A stretch of DNA of 62,039 bases, the filler included, from Dugesia japonica (taxonomy: Eukaryota): assembly GCA_001938525.1 (NCBI GenBank). It is 5 parts of 5 records of this genome, joined end to end, with 100 filler letters (N's around TTAATTAATTAA, not from the genome) between each part and the next. Parts side by side here need not be neighbours in the genome. Positions count along the whole stretch, not along the records: positions 50,272 to 62,039 come from MQRL01577823.1; 4 more parts are not named here. One strand, 5' to 3'. Position 1 is the stretch's first letter, and each line of letters begins with the position of its first letter. The position numbers were made by a program, and so were the translations under genes. The notes under the pieces were generated by a model that was given only the letters and a program-made list of their open reading frames with translations, was not told the origin of the DNA and did no database searches. Shown in pieces: positions 50,381 through 62,039 of this stretch.

Positions 50381-53061
50381 AAATTAAAACAAAAATAGGC
50401 TTTTCCACCAATTCAACCATGAAGAAACGCATAAAAAATTTATTTCACTTAATTTAAACAAAACATCCATGTAAATCTTTTAATATTAATATTGGCTGAG
50501 GAGCCACTAATTTTAATATTGCCCGACACAACTAATACTATATTATATTAATAATAATATTATTAATTTTAGTAATAATCATTTCATGTGAATTTAAAAA
50601 AAAGAATGTGTAAAATTTTGAAAGTTCACGACAAAGGTGGGAAAAATCAGTTTTTATTAAGGTGTGGAAGTTCACGTCACACCTATAAAGAAAATTTTAA
50701 TAATAATAATAATTTTATGTATTAATGCTCAATGCCAAGCGCTTTAAACCAAAAAAACAAGAAAAATTCATTTTTTTACATTAATTGCATTAAAAAAAAA
50801 TTTTCACATTATTTGATGTGAGAATTTACACCTAAGGTGACAAAGTTCATTGTTTACATTAAGGTGTGGAATTTAGCGCCAAAGTGTCAATTTAATAGTT
50901 TACAATAAGGTGTCAATTTTCACACCTATTGTTGTTTACACTAAGAAGTAGGAAAATTGATTACGCCACTTTCTTGTCGTGTCCCTACCCAACCGCCTTC
51001 TCACATATAATATATTATTACAAGAATATAATAGAGTGATAAGGGCGCAGCAAACCACACACTCCCCCTTTACGGAAAAAGTGGCTTCCGAATTTACAAT
51101 GTATTTAGGTGGCTATGAAATATTTTGTGTGATTACATTATATTTGTTCGTATTTTTGTGCTAAGTTTGATTTTATTTCGATATTTTGGTCGAATTTAAT
51201 TTTTATGATAATTACTTTCAAATTTAAATTTTACGCCAATTTTTTATTTTAAAATTATATTATGAATTTCATTTTGTTTAAATATTAATATTATTATTAT
51301 TATTAATACAATTATCGATTATTTTTTTAATGTGACTATAAATTTGTATTTAAGCTCGTTATTTGTTTTACGATTTCGAATTAATTTATAGAATCTAAAA
51401 TGGCAAGTAAGTTACGAATGAAGCATAGTGTATAATTTTTCAGAATTATGTATCCTGTATAATATCGAGATCATATTTCAACGTTCTATTTATCACTAAA
51501 TTAGTCATACAATATCATAAATTTATTACATATAATTTTTAGTTGAGTTTGAATAAGTTAAAATAACATCGCATCACAATCAAATATACCAAAATTAAAA
51601 TCGGTAAGTATTTGAAAATTTGATTAAGATTTGTTTACGGTAAATTAAATTTTTATAAATTAGAAAAATAACTCCACAACACACAGCAATCACAAAATTC
51701 CGTTTTTACACGAATTATTGATTATTACCAATGTTTTATTGTTTTAACCCCAGATCTAACAGCAAAAATACCCAATTTTACCACATTCATCAATTTGATG
51801 ATGATTTGAAAATGTGCTTTTAAAAAAAATATTAAAAATGTATGAAAACTATAACAGATAATTCATTTGATTTAATCGATATTATAAATTTTAAGAAAAT
51901 TTTCTTTACACAATAATATAGAGTTTATACTCCATTAACAATTATCGAGTTAATCAATTCTGGTCCATAATTAAATTTGAAGGTTTCATTATTTAGACAC
52001 AGATTTATAAATAAAAAATGACATTTCAGTCTGAATCATTTTAATAGGTCTTGTGTTTATGTGTCCGCGTTTATAGTAGCGAATACTGAGTTGAGATGAA
52101 TTTGAANNNNNNNNNNNNNNNNNNNNNNNNNNNNNNNNNNNNNNNNNNNNNNNNNNNNNNNNNNNNNNNNNNNNNNNNNNNNNNNNNNNNNNNNNNNNNN
52201 NNNNNNNNNNNNNNNNNNNNNNNNNNNNNNNNNNNNNNNNNNNNNNNNNNNNNNNNNNNNNNCTTACCATTTTTAATTTGTAAAGATTTTAATATTTAAA
52301 AGCAATAAAAACTAAAAAAATCAAAAATTTATGATATCTGTGTGAACTGTTTCTTAAAATAGTTGGTTATCAAGTAGTTATTTTATTTAATTAATTTTCC
52401 TTGATTATTTTGTGCTAATCATGTGCCTAGAAACGTGAATATTACATTTGCCTATCTTGTTTTTAAGTATTTCGCTGAATTTCTTATTGATGTAAGTTTA
52501 TTTATTTACCATATTCGTTTGTTGGTTTCTTCCATTTGATTGTCAAATTTATTAATTTTATTCAATGAACAGACCAATAACTAATACCTTTTGTGATCCA
52601 GAATATAAATTTGATGGATAAATGTTATGTTAAAAATGTGATTTATAAATTAATTTGCAATGTGTGAAGCATGAATAACCATGAGAATAATGATTAAATA
52701 ACAAAGTAAATATAAAGAATGTGAAGTACTCATACTCTTTAAACACAAATGTTCATTCACACTAAATATCACCGATGCCACCCAGATATTAAAGTAAACA
52801 CTTGATATAAGTTATATTATAAAAAGAAATCATTGTCACCTTTTCCTAGATATACTATAGATAATTTGAAAACATTTTATCTTTTCCCATTATTTTTATT
52901 TGAAAAAAATTGGATGAGATATCGTCAACAACTTCTTCAGAAATTAGAAAAGATTTTTTAATGACATTAAATATTTGTTCTTACAAATTTATCATATAAG
53001 TCTTTAAATTTAAAGGATCTATTTTATCACGAGAATTTTTAATAGTTTATTGTAATTTCAG

Positions 53062-56000
53062 AACTCAGTTGCTATGGAGTTGTCAACGAATCCTTTTCGT
53101 AATGGCCGATGGATAATGTTAGCTGGAATGAAACATTTTCCATTTTTGTGTCGTATTGATCCGCATGAGTACTTTAATAATAAGACAGATAATCCGAATG
53201 CTTATCCTTTTACGAATATTTCAAACAGCAAATGTCATGCACCTTTTGTTGAATATGATGAAAACTGCTATTATTATAATGCCAAGCCGCTTGTGTTTGA
53301 TGTATGAATTATAGTGCAAATTTACTTTGACATGTGTTTCAGGAGGCAGACAAAAATTGTAAATTAGTTGATGCCGAATTATTAATTCTTGATGATAACT
53401 TTGAAGAACACTTTGTCAGATCATTATTAACTTATCAAAACGTAGACATGAAAAGATCATGGATAGGCATAAAGGTGTACAGTGAAAACATATTACAAGT
53501 AAATATTTTTTGTTACTTTAATACTCGCTGCGATAATTTTTAATTTTGTTCAATGGACTTTATTCAGAGTTTCAACACTGTAAGAAAATATCATCAGCAA
53601 AATTTTTTGAGGTTTCAGCTTTGATTTGTATTTAAGATTTTGAGAATAAGTTAATTTAAAATAATTTGAACTTTAAATCTTGATAAGAAGTATAATTTTA
53701 TAAAAGAATCGCACAAAAATAATCCATAAAATTCATAATTTTTATTTAATATATTTTTTTAAAAAATCAAATATAATTTGAATATAAAAATATAATATTA
53801 AATTTATATTGAAACGTATTTTTTTTTAAAATTTAAATATAAATTAAAACAAATAAAATATAAAATGAAATAAACAAAAAAGATTTTTATTTAATATATA
53901 TTTTTAAAATTAAATATAATTTAAATATATAAAATATAAATTTAAATATTTGATTTCTTCATTTTTAAAAATAGATTTTTAAATTTGTTTGTTTAATTAA
54001 CTAATGATGATAAAGTTTGGATTTTAATAAAGTGTTGTAATGAATTCGAATTTTGATATTGATGATACGATGAGTTTTTCAACCTCAACTAACAATGCTA
54101 ATAATATTTTCTTACAGTGTTGAAACTCTGAATAAAGTCCATTGTTGATTATTCAATTTGAACCTTTTTAAATGACAATTTCATATGTATTTTGAATGCT
54201 TTATTTGATTTTGGAATAATTCAATTCTAGATTTTAATTTTATTGTAATAATAAACAATTGTATTTGTAGAAAAAAACTGTAGAAATTGTTTTATTTTAT
54301 TTTATTATTTTTTATTATTTTTATTTACATGAAATTCTAAATATACTACGTTGTGGTATTTTAAAGTTATTTATATATTGATCCGTTAAGATAAAAATTC
54401 AAAATTATTATTTTATTAATATTCGAGGTTTCGACTAATTATTGATTTACTTTTTTATAATCAAGAATTGTATTTATTGGAATTAAATACATTTCTACGT
54501 ATTTATAAAATAATTGTTAATAATATAATTAATTTTCTAAATTCATTTACTCAAAACATTATCCGAAGAGGTTTCTTCATGATAAATAATTAAATTTCAC
54601 AGCGTGCTGATAAGTAAATAATAATATTAAATATAAAATACCAGGGAAACATATACATCCATCATTTCTTGAAAAACTGTTTAAAGATTTAAATCAAATA
54701 TTAGTACTGACTTTTGTTGAGGTCATCACTGTTACCCCTTAAGTAATATATTCAATAATAGTTGTAGAATTTATATTATTTATATTTGCTTTTAAACCGA
54801 ATCCAATCCCCTCAAAATTTATATGGCAATGTTGGAAAAGTTTTAAATTCGTAACATCTTCATTGTTATCAATACATTTCAACATTGGAGCCATTTGTTG
54901 TGTGTAGTATGTCAAGGCTGTATTCAATCTAGTTCAGGGGTTTTGCAGCATTTCAATAATCCTAGTCCTCAAGTATTCTTATTCTTTAATCTTGGTTGAA
55001 TACACGCGATCTTTTACATGATTCCAGAGAAAGAAATCAACGGGGTTATATCCGGTGTTCGTGGTATCTTTCTCTTCATGTTCCAAATAACCAATTATTG
55101 AAGACATTACGAACCAAAAGACACCAGTATGACGGCGCACCACCTTGTTGCAGAATGAAAATGTTATTTCCTTGGAGGCTTTTGACGACATTTTGTTGGA
55201 TCATTTGCAGCGGTTATGATTTTCTTCATAAAGAAGAAAGGACCTATAATTTCATTATGAAAAAGGCCACAACACACATTTAGTTTTGGAGTCTCTTTCA
55301 TTCTCTGAAATAACACGCGGGCTCTCAGAACCACATATTCTGCAATTATTTTTGTTTACAGTCACTGATACATGGAACGCTGCGTCACTGGTGAACAGAA
55401 TTTTCTCAAGGATATGAGGATCGTCATCTAATCGTTCTAGCATATTCACAACAAAACTAGTGCGATTAATCTTGTCACTTAGATGCANNNNNNNNNNNNN
55501 NNNNNNNNNNNNNNNNNNNNNNNNNNNNNNNNNNNNNNNNNNNNNNNNNNNNNNNNNNNNNNNNNNNNNNNNNNNNNNNNNNNNNNNNNNTCTTGTCACT
55601 TAGATGCAATTTATGCCAAAGTTGAATTTTGCACAGATAAAGACGAAGGCGTTTACGAATACTTTGCAATGTGGAACGTAGTATTTGCAATTCTCTGCTT
55701 AGACATCTGACTGATTGTTTTGTATTATTGTAAAATCTTTGACAAATGCGATCAGACTTTTTTTTGAAATTCCCGGTCTTCTAGTACTGTTTTCTTTCTC
55801 AATTCCATTTTCCATCTATAAATTGATGCACAGCATATCAGTTGTCTTCCATAACTATTTCGAAATATTCTTTGTACCTCAACGACAGATTTGTAGTACA
55901 CTACACTTTCTCTTGTACAGTAATTACGAGCTAAAATAAAAAAATGGCGTGTTAAAAAAGTTGTGCCAAATAAAATGTGTGCGTAGATGTAAACTACATG

Positions 56001-59000
56001 TAATATTAAAAAAATTATTTAATTTGTTACAATTTTTACTTTTGTACGATTCTTTAATAGACTCACTCCATGTAAAGTTTTTAAAAACAAATGAAATAAA
56101 GATAAATTTTTTAGAATTACTAAAACATAAATAACGCCATTTAAAATAAAATGTTATTGTTATATATTTTGAATGATCAATCCTCATCATCAGACAAAAA
56201 TGATTTTATTTATTCTATATAATTAAAACAGATTCAAGTAATTATACTGAATATAAGATGGCTAGAATAATAATTCTTAATTTTTTTTAAAATTTTAACA
56301 ATGTTTTAATAAAAAATTTAATTTAAATTAAATTTAATTCTAATAAAAATTTTATCTATAATAATACTTTATTAAAATTACTATAACCTATTACTATTAT
56401 CTATGAAAATCAAAGAAACCCAAAAACTGTTTTTTAAAATTTTTAACATTTTTTTACTTTAAAATGTAAAGTTTTTTCAAAACCTATAAAATAATAAAAT
56501 TGAAAACTATTTTGAAAAATAAAATACAAAACTTATAAAATCCTATTAAAAAAACATGAAAATATATAAAAATTTCAAAAATTAGAAAATTTTTTATATC
56601 TAAAAAATTGTAATTAATTTAGTCGAAAGAGCTGTCTATACATTAATGCTTGGATTATGAAATCGAATCGTTAACGTCTCATACAACAATCTCTCTCAAT
56701 AATTTTAAAATTGCCTAGACAAAATTTTAAAATTTGAAATTTAAACACACTCGCATTACAATATGACTACCACCACCAAAACGATTATGCTCTTGAACTC
56801 TTGTACAGAGATGACGGACAGTCTCTCAAATGTATGTAGCATTACACCCATTACATTTAAATTGATAAAAAAGGTTAGAACACAAACCAATTGATTTATG
56901 AGATTATTAACAAAGCTATTAAAAATCTTATGTGAAGTAGAAACAATTTTCAATAAAGGAAGATCCTTAGCAGCTTTCAGAATAGAATTCTTAAACTTTT
57001 TCAAACCTCCAGAATAAGGAATCGATAAAAAATGGCTCAATACAGTTTGATAAAGTGTTATCAGGTTCAAGAAAATTCAATAAAGTTTCAATCTTTTTTA
57101 TCGAAATCAATATTATTACCAACCAATATTTTGTCAATTGTCTGCGAAGTCAAAAATGTTAAAAAGTGTTTACTATATCCATTTGCTTAGAGTAACTTTA
57201 ATAAATGTTCAATACTTTTAATGGATTTTGAATAAGTTGAGGACAATGAACAAGAACGAAACACTAAACCTTTTATAATGTTGTTTTATAAGCAGGATCA
57301 CAAAAACTATTTGGGGTAACATACAAGCCAGTATCACTTTTCTTTGTGTAGATTTCAGTCCCATAATATGTTGATTTCTTTTCAATTAAAATATCCAAAA
57401 AAGGAAAAATAACATTTCTTTCCTTCTTTACAGTAAACCTAATATGAGGATGTAACGAATTCATACAATTCTGGAAAGGCAATGATTACCAAAAATAAGG
57501 AAAACTTGAAACATCAAAGGACACTATAAACTGATCATTATTACTTACAACAGAATATGAGATAAGATTTACAAACTCAAAACTGTCCTTACATTCAAAA
57601 TTAGAATTCATTAATGGTTTCAATTTAGAATCCAAATATTTCGCAATCTTATACTTGGCTGTACAAACCATAGATAAACTAGGTCGCATAGGAACTCATT
57701 TTTATGAACTTAAGGTAAACTATAGAGTTTTAATGGTTGAGATCCTTTAGAATGGAGACTTTTAGCCAGTTTTTTAGAAATATATCCGTTTGAGTTTAGA
57801 TTATTAATCAATTTATTTAAATATTCCTCATCTTTCATTGGTTGTAATTTTCCATTTTTCCGTATTTTTTCGATTTTTAAAAACTGTCGACCATTTAAAA
57901 CTGCTTTCATCTTGGCCAAATTATCAAAATCATTTAAAACTACTAAGACATTACCTTTGTCGAATTTAAGAATATCAACCCCTTTATTCAAAATACCATT
58001 CAACACTTTAATATTATTTCGTCTTCTTTTTTCAATACTCTATTGTTCTTATTAGCATCTTTCCATGAATCAATCTACGATCCTCATTTAACAAACATTC
58101 CGGAAGTTTCGATTTTAATAAAAATTCTTCCTAAAAATTTTAAATATGGAATTATTGAAATTATTTTCAAAGTAAAAAAAAACTATATTTTAAAAGAATT
58201 TTAATTTTATATGTAAAAATTTTTAAAAATAAAATAAGGTAAAATTTAAAATTAATAAAATTATTATTTTTTAAACAAAACTTTTTATTTTTTAATGAAC
58301 AATTTTTAAAATTAAAGCTGAATTTCAACTTGTTTAGTTCATTTTTATTAGTTTGAAAAGAGAAAATTAATTTTTATTTTTTAATAAATATTGCTTGCAT
58401 TGCAAAACTCTTTTAAATTTAACGTTGAACGTTTTAGACTCACCTAACAAACACTAAATATACCTTTTTTCACACGATTTTAATTTAACTTGAATAAAAA
58501 TTTACTTTTAATTAAATTTGTCTGATTTCCCATTGTATTAAATCAAATATTGAGTTGTCCGGAAGCTAGTGCCAATTTTTAATCAAGTTTCTGAGTAACA
58601 CATTTAAATTTCAAAATACATTTATTGAATTACATAGTTGCCGTTTTGTTTCAAAACATTTCTCCGTCTCTCACTCAATTTAAAGCTTATATCCTTCCAG
58701 AATTTTTCAGGTTTTCCGGTGAAAAGATTATCAAGATTATTTTTTATATCTACTTTTGCAAAGATCTAAATAAGTTGAAATCAATAGGGCAATGTTTGGT
58801 GAATATGGCGTATAAGGAAATAATTATTAATTAATAATTTTAATACAAAGCGATTTAATTGTATATTATTTTAATGGTTCTATTATCTTATGATAATATG
58901 AGTGAGATAGCTGTGTGAATTGAAATAAATTATGTCTAAAAATCGTTCCGATTTTGAAAACAAATTATCAATTGAAAATTTACCTAACATGGCGGATTGG

Positions 59001-60296
59001 GTAAAACTTCCCAACCGATCTCCAAAGATTTTTTCTGGAGACGCGCATTTATGAAACACGAATCTCTTCTGTTTGCCTAGTACTGAATATTTTCTTTCAA
59101 TTTGTTTGTTTAATTCGTCTAATTTCAAACAATGCTTTTCGGAATTTATTGTCTGATTAATTGATAAGGACTCATAAAACTAAATTCTTTACCAGTCCCG
59201 CGAGACACAGAGTATAACCTTTTCGAATGAAGACCAGCTTTCGGGGTGGTTAATCGTGATTCTATTCGCTTTACACAGGATATTTTTCGCTAAACATTGT
59301 TATAAATTATCCATTTCTCATCTCCTTTCACTAGTTGCCTAAAAAATAGTGTCGACTCGTTGCGTTTACAGAACGAGTCGTAGATGTTCATGTGATCTAT
59401 CAAGATCTTTTCACTTAAATCGTGTGGAGTTCATGTATCTAAACTGTTTATACCTCCAAGTTTCAATAAATGCTTATGGATGGTGGTTTTCGCTATTTTT
59501 AACATATCCGCTAAATCACGTTTCATATAATGTGGTTTATTCTTGACAAGTATTTTGATCTGATCTTTATCAGTGGTGCTTGTTGTTTGGTACTTTTACC
59601 TTTCCGGTATAAGGAAAGCATGAAATACCTATAATGAATTTTATTTTCTTCCATATTTAAATTAGCGTAATACTTTCGATGATTATTTAAACAAATCATT
59701 TTATCTTTATTAATTCAATAAATTGTCATTTAAGAGAAAACTGATTCATGATAATTCATAATGGTTTTAAAAAAATAATCCGATTATTATTGTTAACTAT
59801 TATAATTACTGGATAAGAAAATTATTTGTTTGTTGGAAATTTTACATTTTTACTTGAAATGAAGAAAAATAAAAAGCATTTCTAAAATATTTGAAATTCA
59901 ATACTTTTTGTTTCGATGATATAATCAATTTTTAAAAATTTAAAATATCAGTTAATATATATTCATTTTGTAGAACTGGAACACAACTTCTGGTTCACAA
60001 GTATATTACACTCACTGGAGTCAATTAGAAGTGTTTCAAGATCAAAATAATGTTATTTACGACAATCCGAAATTTAAAATTGCTGGATGTTATGTTTTAC
60101 GACATGATAAAGAAATAACAAGTGACAATGGAATGGCTAAACTTCACTGTGACGTACGTTTGCCTTCAATTTGTAAGAAAACTTTGTCTAAGAATTATCA
60201 AACGTTGATTAGCAAAAATGGTTGTGCAAGATCAATAAATGGTACATATTATGACCTGGATGTTAAGAAAACAATTGATAACGAACTTTGTGTCAG
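53062..60296 (+). CDS. Multi-domain C-type lectin (mannose-receptor-like) host gene, internal exons 53062-53301, 53343-53498, 59974-60296
   Basis: GRW...FPFLCR; CHAPFVEYDENCYYY...FD|EADKNCK...L...EEHFV...WIGI...|W..SGSQVYYTHW...C...C...LPSICKK. Introns of 41 nt and ~6.5 kb, both phase 0. Confidence 0.8.
53551..54144. mobile_element. Element with ~41-bp perfect terminal inverted repeats enclosing LTR-like sequence
   Basis: caatggactttattcagagtttcaacactgtaagaaaatat and its reverse complement ending 54144; the inner end 54020-54094 resembles the solo-LTR terminus. Confidence 0.7.
54850..55990 (-). mobile_element. Tc1/mariner-superfamily transposase pseudogene
   Basis: ILFTSDAAFHVSVTVNKNNCRICGSESP...ERDS; QQGGAPS relic; PVDFFLWNHVKDRVY. 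Confidence 0.85.
56160..58140 (-). mobile_element. Penelope-like retroelement (RT + GIY-YIG), internally deleted
   Basis: ILKFDKGNVLVVL; KLYSLP; VSFDVSS; LHPHIRFT...FPFLDILI; YQFKCNGCNATYI*ETVRHLCTRVQEH; CTGATGA hammerhead relic at 56187-56193. Confidence 0.85.
58548..59640 (-). mobile_element. Mariner (Mos1-like) decayed element with one TIR
   Basis: LVKGDEKWIIYNN; PKAGLHSK.V.LCV; TINSEKHCLKLDELNKQI...FVFH; TIR-like tattgagttgtccggaagctagtgccaattt. Confidence 0.8.
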
Positions 60297-61228
60297 GTGA
60301 GAAGAACATTTCTTTTCTATTGGTTATTAGTTAGCTTATATTATTAATTTTACCATGTGTAAATTGTTATTATTTATCCAAATCATTTTATGACTAGTAT
60401 AATAAATTTTTAGAATTCAGTTGAATGAACAATTATAAATGGAGGATATTTTAATATTATTATTATATCAAGATGATTAATGCTTTGCTTTCGATAAATT
60501 GCAAACTAATAAATTTCATTGAAATCACAAAGTTGTTTACAAACAAATATTTGGAAAATGTAAGTAATTTGATGTAACATGACAAAATATGGTATATGTG
60601 AGTTGTAAGAAGAGTTTGAATACATAGTTTAAATCTTTTGATTATTCAACTATAACTTTTAAAAATTGACTTGTTAATACACTAAATAAATTTTTAAATA
60701 AAATTAATTACTTCATAATAATTTCTCACAATCTGATTGGTTGCCTATGAAATAAATAAATAAATTATAATTGAAAACTTAGTGCTTTTTAAAGTTAAAA
60801 ATTAAAGAAAAGATTAAAAATTAAACAAAATTCAAAAATTACGTGCGCCATAGGCGCCCTCAGAATACACACACGCACATATATATTTGCACAGTCACCC
60901 CTCAATATACCACCACCTCCCTGTACCGCCAACTAGATGTAATGCCTCAAAATTTATGTCTTAAATATAAAACATAACCTGCCATCATTATAACATCATA
61001 TTTTTTGCCAAACACTGAAATTTTTGTCTAGAAGTTCAGACCAAATAAATTATTTAAAAACTATTTATTCTTTTTTTATTTTGTATTAACAAAAAGATAG
61101 TAAATAATACGTTTTCTGTTTGGATAATTATGATAATTTATCATTTTTAAAATATTCATTTAAATTTTTAAAAATTTATTATTATATTATCTTTTAAAAA
61201 TTTAAAATTTAGAAAATATTATACACCA

Positions 61229-62039
61229 ATGAAACAAAATAAAAGAACTACATTAAGTAATGAGCAAAACGTAGAAATAATTAAATATATGAGAGACATG
61301 AATAATGAATTTAAGAGCAGAACGCATCAAAAAACTGCAGAATATTTTACAAAAAAAATTTAAATTAAAAAAAATGAAATTTCCCGGCGAACTATTGGTG
61401 ATATTATTGCTAAATCAGTACAGCTTCTACAACATAGTTTTGGACACAAGAATAAATTGTACAAAATCAGAAAAGTTAAAAATGACGAATTAGAAAAGAA
61501 TTTGATAAATTGGATAAATAATGTCGCTGATTCAAATTTTTTCTTAACAGATGATATTGTTAAAGTTAAAGCGTTGGAAATACGTAGGAAAATTTGAAAA
61601 ATTGATTTTGTTGCTTCAAATGGTTAGCTTTATAATTTTAAAAGGAGGGAAATTTATCTGGGGAAACTGGTTGATAAAATAAAGAATATTTCGAAGAATC
61701 TACAAAGGAATTAATAAAACAAATTTCTTTAAATAATGAAGCTGGCATTTTTTAATATGGATGAAATGGCTTTACTATTTCGTGCTTTTCCATCAAAAAC
61801 ATTAACAAATTAAGATAAAAAATATTTAAGAAATGAAAAGAAAAATTAACCATAGTTAACCAGATGTTTTACAAAATTTAATGTTTATGATTTTTGTAAT
61901 TACATTTCAACACCAAAGGTCTGGCTAAATTCGATTGAATTAGAAAAATGGATGTATAATGTTAATAATTTAATGAAATCGAAAAGAAGAAAGATTTTGC
62001 TTTTACTAGACAATGCACCATGTCAAAAAACCTTGAAAA
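61229..62039 (+). pseudogene. Pogo/Tigger transposase pseudogene (CENP-B HTH + DDE), runs off the window
   Basis: KRTTLSNEQNVEII; LTDDIVKVKALEI; FVASNG; FNMDEMALLFRAFPSKTL; RKILLLLDNAPC. Confidence 0.85.

Noticed and set aside
52573-52630. Extra C-type lectin exon (FCDPEYKFDG...CY)
   Set aside because: It contains an in-frame stop or frameshift and cannot be supported without transcripts.

Overview
Very AT-rich animal (invertebrate) scaffold with 39-46 nt spliceosomal introns. It has many N gaps, four of which carry an artificial TTAATTAATTAA linker, so adjacency across those gaps is not guaranteed. Bases 1-24.5 kb are a nested pile of Polinton/Maverick (adintovirus-like) endogenous elements: five separate AGTAG-starting termini, two decayed protein-primed PolB genes plus a third C-terminal stub, two major capsid protein genes, a truncated packaging ATPase, HTH genes and small intron-containing accessory genes, mixed with gag-protease remnants. 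The most notable candidate system is at 12548-14824. It reads terminus, 30-aa PolB tail, open HTH gene, 27-unit GACC/GACG heptamer/octamer array, divergent open 216-aa gene, then capsid gene. This looks like a polymerase-deleted, capsid-retaining (satellite-like) Polinton derivative, and its HTH+capsid pairing recurs in decayed form at 22.6-24.0 kb. The rest of the window holds three host genes missed or fragmented by the ORF track (an SYCP1-like synaptonemal complex gene, a WD40 gene and a multi-C-type-lectin gene), embedded in decayed Gypsy, solo-LTR, Penelope (with hammerhead relics), hAT, Tc1/mariner, pogo and Helitron sequence. All family assignments come from motif recognition by eye, not database searches.
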